The notes beneath the pieces were generated by a model. The model was not told the origin of the DNA. It saw only the letters and a list, made by a program, of their open reading frames with translations, and did not search any database. This document shows positions 9,902-15,925 of a DNA stretch of 24,000 nt, piece after piece; positions within the stretch are counted from its first letter, which is position 1; every line of letters starts with the position of its first letter. Origin of the DNA: Methyloglobulus sp. (GTDB taxonomy: Bacteria > Pseudomonadota > Gammaproteobacteria > Methylococcales > Methylomonadaceae); contig NZ_JBEBKJ010000002.1 of NCBI RefSeq assembly GCF_040079455.1, positions 47,544-71,543 of the forward strand, written 5' to 3'. Made by a program: the position numbers and the translations under genes.

Positions 9902-11481
9902 GTCAAATTACTTTCACAAATATACCCAAGGGATCAAAACTAATTCTTATGGGAGATTTTTTTCGAACACCAGGTGAAGATTGGCGTGTGACATGTTATT
10001 TTTTAGCCAACCGAAACAAGCCTTTTCGAAAAGCAATGCCAGTTGACCTGCTACCTGCCCTCAGTGTTGGTTCAATTTATCCCAGAGCTACCGATGTGAA
10101 TGCGGCTCATGGTTATAGAGGTAGGTTTGTGATCCCTAATGGTTATCAATGGGATCAATTGCAATATCACGATCTACCAAAAAGCTTGCAGCGGCTGAAT
10201 GAATATGAAGGACAATTGAAAAACCAAAATATATATCGCATAAGTGTTGCTGATAAGGTTTTTTGGTTACCTACTTTAGAACTCGCCCGTCGATTGCATT
10301 TTCACTCAGCTGAGCTAGTGCGTACCGCGTTTCTTCAAGCAAACACTTTATCGTTAGCACGAGCAACGCTTGAAAGCTGGGTGGGACGGGTTGATTTTAC
10401 ATCAAATATTCCACTGTCTTATATGAATAGTCAGGAATACCGCAAGTATTTCGCTTGGTTGTTATTTGACCAAGAAGCTCAAAATAGTTTTTGTTCCATT
10501 TTTAAACATTTAAATAGAGAAAGTCGCTTTGACAATCAGGTTGAGAGGTGGAGCTTTAACTTTTCTCCGCCTGCGATGGCCGGTTGTGAAATTTCATGGG
10601 TAGGTTATACAGGCACTGACAGTGAGCAAAATCACTATTACATTCGTGAAATTCTTGCAATTGCTGCATTACCTTCGCCTCCAGTCAACAGGGTATGGTT
10701 TAGTCATCCTGACGATGTATTAGTCTTAAATGAAGAGGGGGTTGGGAACAACAAAGAAAAATCTGGTAAAAAGGTTGTTCAACCAAAACAAATCGATCCA
10801 GTACAAGCTTCCATAGCAAGTCAAAAACGATATTTATTAGAAATTAATCGTGCCGGGTTGCATTTTGATACAGATATTGAGCTAAAACGCAGTTCAAGGC
10901 GGGTACAGATTTATCCAAAAGACGAAGAAACAGCGTTGGATTCAATGGATGTTGAAGAAACTGTGGGAATTACGGAAGGCAAAATCGCAGGAACTCTACC
11001 GCGTGCCGATATTGATTTGCTTAAAGAAAGAGAACTCATCGAAGCACCAGAAAAAATGAAGTTTTTTAGCCGAATGCTTGAAGGGCTGAAGGAATTCAAC
11101 GAATGGGATTATCAGGTTAAATTAGGAACAGTGCCACAATGTAACTGTCGAACAGCTCACCTAATCGACGGACGAAAGCGCCAATATAGCCATGTAATGC
11201 TTCAGCGAGATTCTGATACTATGGTACACATCCTTGAAATCGAACTAAAACAGGATGAAAGCCTATCAACGTTACTCTTTCGCTCCAACGCGGTAGAAGA
11301 TTCCCTAGAGTTGATTCTTGATGGGTTGATGCGAAATTCAATCAAATGGGATAGAGGAATTATTGCTGAGCAAACTACTGCCCGGCATTACTTAGACCAT
11401 CCAGACAGAAAAATAAAAAGTGAAGATGATGCACTGACATCCTGGGTTGCGCGAGCTAGCCAGAAAATTGTTACCCTCTAG
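9898..11481 (+). CDS. tnsE: TnsE-like target selector (replication/conjugation-directed pathway)
   Basis: 527 aa with an ATGA overlap with tnsD. Several blocks match my recollection of Tn7 TnsE (538 aa). LPTLELARRLHF matches IPQLELARSLFL. AWLLFDQEAQNSFCSIFKH...VERWSFNFSPPAMAG matches VWLFSDQDVMDSYESIFRH...VESWCFSFDPPPMQG. The C-terminal HILEIELKQDESLSTLLF matches VLLEVDASDGVKMLSTKVL. Confidence 0.75.
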   Translation: MSQITFTNIPKGSKLILMGDFFRTPGEDWRVTCYFLANRNKPFRKAMPVDLLPALSVGSIYPRATDVNAAHGYRGRFVIPNGYQWDQLQYHDLPKSLQRLNEYEGQLKNQNIYRISVADKVFWLPTLELARRLHFHSAELVRTAFLQANTLSLARATLESWVGRVDFTSNIPLSYMNSQEYRKYFAWLLFDQEAQNSFCSIFKHLNRESRFDNQVERWSFNFSPPAMAGCEISWVGYTGTDSEQNHYYIREILAIAALPSPPVNRVWFSHPDDVLVLNEEGVGNNKEKSGKKVVQPKQIDPVQASIASQKRYLLEINRAGLHFDTDIELKRSSRRVQIYPKDEETALDSMDVEETVGITEGKIAGTLPRADIDLLKERELIEAPEKMKFFSRMLEGLKEFNEWDYQVKLGTVPQCNCRTAHLIDGRKRQYSHVMLQRDSDTMVHILEIELKQDESLSTLLFRSNAVEDSLELILDGLMRNSIKWDRGIIAEQTTARHYLDHPDRKIKSEDDALTSWVARASQKIVTL

Positions 11482-11671
11482 TACTTATATCTGTTTTAGG
11501 TATGATTTGACAGAAGAAGGTCGCTTCATGGCGGATTCAAGTTTTTGGATCATCCTTAGGCAATTATCAGAACTGAAACTGGCTTTGATAATCTCAACAG
11601 CAGGAGCGGAGACCGTTTCACCGCCCAATCCAGATTAGGACCTGTCGTTAAACTGCTGGATGGCGATTTCA

Positions 11672-12388
11672 TTAAATCCACCGCAATAATACCGCCTTAA
11701 CCACCGCCGCTGTTTTATTGTGAGTGCCTGTTTTTTGCAGCACATTATTGATATGAAAATTTACCGTTCGTTCGGTAATTCCCATTTGCGTAGCAATTTC
11801 ATGTGCAGATTTACCTTCCGCAGACCAACGCAGCACCTCAACCTCGCGTTGGGTTAAGGGATTTTCGCTAGCGATAGCAAAATCCTGGGCAGCTAACTTA
11901 TATAACCCCTGATGGGCTAATTGGGTAAGCCAAGAAAAGAGCATTTGCTTATCCGCCAATTCATTCGCCTGCAAAGCCTCACCTGATCGGGCTAACGTTA
12001 ACATACCCAAAAATCCGTCAGCATTGCAGTAAGATTGCGACCAGCCGTGATCTATGCCAAATTCTTTGGCATCTTCCCAAAAATCGGGGGCAGACCCAAG
12101 TAAGCTGCTAGACCAGATTAAGGGGAAGGTTGAGCGACTGCCATGCTGAACGACAGGGTCAACGGCAAAATAGTTATTTTTTACATAACGGATTTGCCAG
12201 TCTGATGAATAGTTGGATAACCAAATGGTTTTTGGGTTCATCACCGGATAGGGCGCACGTAAACCAAACGCGCAATAATCGAAACCCAAAACGCTAGCTG
12301 TTGTGGCTAAATGCTCGAAGAAATCCTTCTGGTTGTCGGCGAACAAAAGTAGTTCCAGGTGTTCTTCCAACCATTTCTGTATATTCAT
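11672..12388 (-). CDS. LuxR-family transcriptional regulator with an N-terminal autoinducer (AHL)-binding domain; no luxI in the window (LuxR solo)
   Basis: 238 aa. The N-terminal domain has conserved AHL-pocket-type residues (WLSNYSSDWQIRYVKNNYFAVDPVV, PLIWS, GFLGMLTLAR). The C-terminus has the GerE/LuxR HTH (LTQREVEVLRWSAEGKSAHEIATQMGITERTVNFHINNVLQK). Confidence 0.88.
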   Translation of the reverse strand: MNIQKWLEEHLELLLFADNQKDFFEHLATTASVLGFDYCAFGLRAPYPVMNPKTIWLSNYSSDWQIRYVKNNYFAVDPVVQHGSRSTFPLIWSSSLLGSAPDFWEDAKEFGIDHGWSQSYCNADGFLGMLTLARSGEALQANELADKQMLFSWLTQLAHQGLYKLAAQDFAIASENPLTQREVEVLRWSAEGKSAHEIATQMGITERTVNFHINNVLQKTGTHNKTAAVVKAVLLRWI

Positions 12389-12508
12389 ATTAAAAGACCT
12401 ATGCCTTAAACAAACAAGCTAATCAAGAATTAGGGTGCTACAAAAACATAACGTTTAACTGCGGAATAATTCGGGCACAAAATAAATTATACAGAGTTGC
12501 AAACGGAT

Positions 12509-12528
12509 ACCTGTCAAAATTGACAGCT
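12509..12528. promoter_or_regulatory. lux-box-like 20-bp palindrome in the luxR / cargo-array intergenic region
   Basis: ACCTGTCAAAATTGACAGCT has 7-bp perfect inverted arms (CTGTCAA/TTGACAG) and fits the CTG-N10-CAG lux/las-box pattern. It is flanked by a perfect 10-bp inverted repeat carrying extended -10-like TGTATAAT boxes that face outward. One (12484-12493, minus strand) points toward luxR. The other (12566-12575, plus strand) points toward the cargo genes. Confidence 0.5.
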
Positions 12529-12579
12529 ATGCAAATGCTATAAATTAAGATTTAATGCCTTTAAATGTATAATTTGAAG

Positions 12580-12692
12580 CATTACGTTCAAGTGGGACGC
12601 GCCTTATTTGGTGGATTTGAAGGGTTGTTATTTTTCGGCTTCGGTGGCTTCGCCAATCTTCCGTAACAAGCGCGCCCTTCTTTACGTTAGCT
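12580..12692 (+). repeat. attC-like imperfect palindrome, copy 1 (~105 bp)
   Basis: The 5' arm is CATTAC-GTTCAAGTGGGACGCGCC and the 3' arm is GCGCGCCCTTCTTTAC-GTTAGCT. The arms pair imperfectly with unpaired bases on the 5' arm. It is about 80% identical by eye to copy 2. It ends in GTTAGCT, close to the integron core GTTRRRY. No recognisable R'' box lies upstream. Confidence 0.5.
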
Positions 12693-12702
12693 ATTACAAA
12701 GG

Positions 12703-13257
12703 ATGCATGGGTTGAACCGGCAATTACAAGCTGAACTGCTATCAATGCAAGAAGAAGATCAACGCATCCTGCAAGAGTTGATTGACAGTGGAGAGCTCGG
12801 CACTGTTGAGTATCACCCAAGAATTAAGGCAATCCACGAAAAGAACAATGTACGCATCAAAGAAATCATAAGTCGCCACGGATGGCCTGGAATAAGTTCC
12901 GTTGGCAAGGAAGGTTCGGAAGCCGCGTGGCTGATTGTTCAGCACGCGGTATTAGATACAAAATTTATGAATGAATGTTTAACTTTGTTACAGGAAGCCG
13001 TCCATCAAGGCGAAGCAGAAGGATGGTGCTTCGCCTATTTGCAAGATAGAGTGCTTACTATGTCTGGTAAGCCGCAAATATATGGAACTCAACACGACAC
13101 TGACGAAAATGGTATTGCCTTTCCTTTGCCTATGAAAGAGCCAGGAAAAGTTGATTTGCTGCGCCAAGAAGTGGGGCTTGAGCCTCTATCCGAAGCCACT
13201 AAACGCATTCAGGAAAGACAAAATGCAACTAAGAGTAATCGTGAAACCAATGGCTAA
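12703..13257 (+). CDS. Hypothetical protein (cassette-like ORF bracketed by the two long attC-like repeats)
   Basis: 184-aa ORF with a weak RBS (AAAGG) upstream. Its stop codon TAA lies inside GGCTAAC, the R''-like box of repeat copy 2. I recognise no catalytic motif. Confidence 0.7.
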   Translation: MHGLNRQLQAELLSMQEEDQRILQELIDSGELGTVEYHPRIKAIHEKNNVRIKEIISRHGWPGISSVGKEGSEAAWLIVQHAVLDTKFMNECLTLLQEAVHQGEAEGWCFAYLQDRVLTMSGKPQIYGTQHDTDENGIAFPLPMKEPGKVDLLRQEVGLEPLSEATKRIQERQNATKSNRETNG

Positions 13258-13368
13258 CATTACGCTCAAGCGGGACGCGCCTTTTCGTGGCGGTTTTGAA
13301 GGCTTGTGTTTTTCCGGCTTCGGCGGCTTCGCCAACCTTCCGTGACAGGCGCGCCCCTTAGCTTAGTC
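13252..13368 (+). repeat. attC-like imperfect palindrome, copy 2 (~115 bp)
   Basis: The 5' side reads GGCTAAC (R''-like, contains the upstream stop codon), ATTAC, then GCTCAAGCGGGACGCGCC. The 3' side reads GGCGCGCCCCTTAGC then TTAGTC. Positions 13264-13281 pair with 13348-13362. This leaves C13267, C13271 and A13275 unpaired. The inner part (GAAGGCTTG / CAACCTTC) also pairs. Confidence 0.55.
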
Positions 13369-13397
13369 ACCATAATTTTAACCACTCGGGTAAACAC

Positions 13398-14168
13398 ATG
13401 AGCCATATACATTTCAATAAGATGGTCGCTTCAATTTTCTTGATAGCGATCTTTATTCTTCCGCGACAGGCACAAACATCGGAACTTCCCTACAAGGCGG
13501 TAGCTTTCGATTATTTCGTCATCTTTGACCCCAACTCAGTCGTTGGCGAAGTTGAAAAAGTTTTTCCTGGCAAAGGCATGGATTTCACCAAAGCGTGGCG
13601 TGCCAAACAATTTGAATATGGCTTCCTGCGCTCCATCACAAAAAATCACGAGGACTTTTTTAAAGTTACAGAAGATGCCTTGCTTTACACCATTGAGAAT
13701 ATGAAACTTGAAGCGACCCAAGCCCAGAAAAAGCAACTTCTTATTGCCTATCTATCGCTAAAGCCCTGGCCTGATTCAATTGAAGGCTTGAAAAAGCTGA
13801 AAGCTGCTGGCATAAAAATCATCACTATCTCCAATTTTAGCAAGATGATGCTTAAGTCCAATGCAGATAGTGCTGGAATTGCCGATCTTTTTGATGAGCT
13901 AATAAGTACTGAAATCAACGGCACATACAAACCAGACCCAGAGGCGTACGCATTAGGACTACAACACCTTGGGTTGAAGAAAGAGGATGTTGTCTTCGCG
14001 GCTTTTGGCGGTTGGGATGCCTACGGTGCAAAAAGTTTTGGCTACCCGACTTATTGGGTCAATCGCTTCAACTTACCAACGGAAAAATTAGGTATTCAGG
14101 CAGACGGGACAGCCAATAATTTTCAAGGCTTAGTGGACTTTGTTTTGGGCGAAAAAACACATCATTAA
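13398..14168 (+). CDS. HAD-superfamily hydrolase, type II haloacid dehalogenase-like, with N-terminal signal-like segment
   Basis: 256 aa. The nucleophile motif AFDYFVIFD resembles FDAYGTLFD of L-2-haloacid dehalogenases. GTYKPD and the C-terminal FGGWDAYGA motifs are also present. The hydrophobic N-terminus MVASIFLIAIFILPRQAQT looks like a signal peptide. Confidence 0.8.
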   Translation: MSHIHFNKMVASIFLIAIFILPRQAQTSELPYKAVAFDYFVIFDPNSVVGEVEKVFPGKGMDFTKAWRAKQFEYGFLRSITKNHEDFFKVTEDALLYTIENMKLEATQAQKKQLLIAYLSLKPWPDSIEGLKKLKAAGIKIITISNFSKMMLKSNADSAGIADLFDELISTEINGTYKPDPEAYALGLQHLGLKKEDVVFAAFGGWDAYGAKSFGYPTYWVNRFNLPTEKLGIQADGTANNFQGLVDFVLGEKTHH

Positions 14169-14233
14169 ACAATGGCGCAATAACTTTTAGCATCCGCAGT
14201 ACAGCAGAGATATACATGTTATGTTGATGCCGC

Positions 14234-14270
14234 CCAAGCGGGACGGTTGCTATCACGGCCGTCCCCTTGG
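14234..14270 (+). repeat. Short attC-like hairpin, copy 3 (same family as copies 1 and 2)
   Basis: CCAAGCGGGACGG (14234-14246) pairs with CCGTCCCCTTGG (14259-14270), with C14239 bulged and a 12-nt loop. It shares the AAGCGGGACG / CCCCTT core with copies 1 and 2. A canonical GTTAGAC lies 25 bp downstream (14295-14301). There is no T-run, so it is not a typical terminator. Confidence 0.45.
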
Positions 14271-14320
14271 TTCTAAATTAGGATTATTGTTAACGTTAGA
14301 CAACACTAGGAGAACATCAG

Positions 14321-14824
14321 ATGACTGAACGAATCAACTACTGGAAGCTAATTGGCCCAGAGGCCACGCTGTTGACCCAGATCGAAGACCAACTCAACCA
14401 CGGGCCGTTGGATTTACGCCTCCTGGAAATGGTTCGGCTGCGTGCGTCACAGATCAATGGTTGCGGTTTCTGCGTGCGATACCATTCGCAGCGCCTGCGA
14501 ATGCTGGGTGAAACGGAAGAGCGCATTGACCTTATCATCGCTTGGCGTGAAGCCCCCTGTTACAGCGAACGAGAACAAGCCGTGCTGCAATGGGCGGAAA
14601 CGATCACGCAGCTGTCGGATCACCGACATGTTCCTGATGCGCTGTATGAGCAAACTCGCCAATTTCTGAATGAGGAAGAATTGGCCTCGTTAACGCTCGC
14701 TGTGGCAATGGCGAACGTCTGGAATCGCATCGCCGTAGCTTTTCGCACGGATCATTCATCCATTGAGACCTTACTGAAAGCAGCCGACAATATGGTGCAA
14801 TATTCAGAGCAAAAAATGGGTTAG
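14321..14824 (+). CDS. Carboxymuconolactone decarboxylase / AhpD-like family protein
   Basis: 167 aa with the CGFCVRYH motif (CxxCxxxH) typical of the AhpD-like core. A good AGGAG RBS lies upstream. Confidence 0.8.
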   Translation: MTERINYWKLIGPEATLLTQIEDQLNHGPLDLRLLEMVRLRASQINGCGFCVRYHSQRLRMLGETEERIDLIIAWREAPCYSEREQAVLQWAETITQLSDHRHVPDALYEQTRQFLNEEELASLTLAVAMANVWNRIAVAFRTDHSSIETLLKAADNMVQYSEQKMG

Positions 14825-14882
14825 ACGTAAAAATCCAACGGTTTTTGTACATTGATGGGCATTAATTGCAATAGGAAGTCAC

Positions 14883-15557
14883 ATGAGTAAACTAAGACAT
14901 TTGGTACTGCTAGCACTATTTAATGCCGTTTTTGTTGTTAATTCTGCCAACGCAGCATCCCATAAAATTGGAATTTTAGTGTTTGATGGCTTTTTGACGA
15001 GTGATGTCACCGCACCTATCGAAGTATTTGGTGCAGCAACAAAGAAGGCGTGGTTCTCCTCTTACGAGGTCGTCGTCATTTCTGCAACAACAAATAAGGA
15101 GGTTCGTTCAGAAGAAGGGCTGAAAATAATCGCTGATAAAACCATTTACGATGATCTCAAGCTTGATGTGTTGTTAGTTCCGAGCGCTTACGAAATGGAT
15201 GGTTTTTTGAAAAACAAGGAACTTATCCAGTTTATTAAAAAACAAAATCAATCGGCATCCTGGATGGCAAGCAACTGCTCCGGTGCATTTTTACTCGGCG
15301 AGGCTGGCGTTCTTGATGGGAAAAATGCAACGACTTGGGCGGGGGGAGAAAAAGGCCTCTCAAAAGCCTACCCCAATATAAAAGTTCAGTCTGACCAAAA
15401 TGTGGTTATTGACAATAAGGTTATCACCTCAAATGGCGGCCCCGTTAGTTATCAAGCGGCATTCATATTGTTGGCAAAGCTAAGTTCCGAAAAATTCTCA
15501 CAAGAAATTACAGATGCAATACAGTTTAATAGGCTCAAAAGTGCATTCAAGCCATAG
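14883..15557 (+). CDS. DJ-1/PfpI family protein with Sec-type signal peptide
   Basis: 224 aa. The nucleophile-elbow Cys context is ASNCSGAFLLGEAGVLDG. The N-terminus LVLLALFNAVFVVNSANA/AS looks like a cleavable signal peptide. Confidence 0.8.
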   Translation: MSKLRHLVLLALFNAVFVVNSANAASHKIGILVFDGFLTSDVTAPIEVFGAATKKAWFSSYEVVVISATTNKEVRSEEGLKIIADKTIYDDLKLDVLLVPSAYEMDGFLKNKELIQFIKKQNQSASWMASNCSGAFLLGEAGVLDGKNATTWAGGEKGLSKAYPNIKVQSDQNVVIDNKVITSNGGPVSYQAAFILLAKLSSEKFSQEITDAIQFNRLKSAFKP

Positions 15558-15580
15558 TCATCCATCCAGAGGTATTTTCA

Positions 15581-15874
15581 TTGTTTGTCGTAATATTCCG
15601 GGCAAAAGTACGTAGTGTTGACAGCGAGTATTCGGCGGTTGCTGCGAGGCTGCGTGAATTGGCATTAGGCCAGTTTGGCTGCCTCGACTTTCAGGCCGTC
15701 ACCGAGGGGGAAAATGAAATAGCGCTTTCCTATTGGCCAAACGAAGAAAGCATTCTGGCTTGGAAGTCACATTCGGAGCATGTCTTGGCGCAACAACTGG
15801 GCAGGGAGCGCTGGTATGAGTCTTATACTGTGCAAGTGGCAGAGATTACCCGTGAGTACCGTGTGCCTCTCTAA
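15581..15874 (+). CDS. Antibiotic-biosynthesis-monooxygenase (ABM) / dimeric alpha-beta-barrel domain protein
   Basis: 97 aa with a TTG start and an AGAGG RBS about 8 nt upstream. The pattern FVVIFRAKV...LSYWPNEESILAWKSHSEH is typical of small ABM-domain proteins. Confidence 0.65.
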   Translation: MFVVIFRAKVRSVDSEYSAVAARLRELALGQFGCLDFQAVTEGENEIALSYWPNEESILAWKSHSEHVLAQQLGRERWYESYTVQVAEITREYRVPL

Positions 15875-15925
15875 CATGGCATCCAATGGAACACCGTCAT
15901 TTGGCACGCTTAAGGTATTCTAAAA

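Noticed and set aside
11447-11638. A 63-aa ORF starts inside the tnsE 3' end.
   Set aside because: It has no RBS and no recognisable motif, it overlaps tnsE, and its composition is atypical. It is most likely a chance ORF in the tnsE/luxR convergent spacer.
11482-11671. Whether the transposon's true left end lies immediately after tnsE.
   Set aside because: Only two half-site matches are present. There are no full ~22-bp TnsB sites, no terminal ACA at the right distance, and no TGTTG duplication. The cargo downstream is typical of the Tn7 variable region. The half-sites are reported separately as a low-confidence finding.
11482-12702. A search for an integron integrase (tyrosine recombinase) and attI upstream of the attC-like sites.
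   Set aside because: The only ORF in the expected position and orientation is the LuxR-family gene. No tyrosine recombinase (R..H..R..Y) ORF occurs anywhere in the window. An integrase elsewhere in the element or genome cannot be excluded.
13151-13345. A 64-aa ORF reads through attC-like copy 2 (...KRDAPFRGGFEGLCFSGFGGFANLP). The analogous open frame through copy 1, and the minus-strand ORF 12545..12820, were considered with it.
   Set aside because: Copies 1 and 2 differ by a 1-nt indel early in the repeat, so no reading frame is conserved between them. ORF 13151 also overlaps the better-supported CDS 12703-13257. The conservation is explained by DNA or RNA secondary structure rather than coding.
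14826-14860. An AT-rich hairpin, GTAAAAAtccaacggTTTTTGTAC, considered as a terminator after the AhpD-like gene.
   Set aside because: The stem is almost entirely A:T with only two G:C pairs. It is too weak to call.
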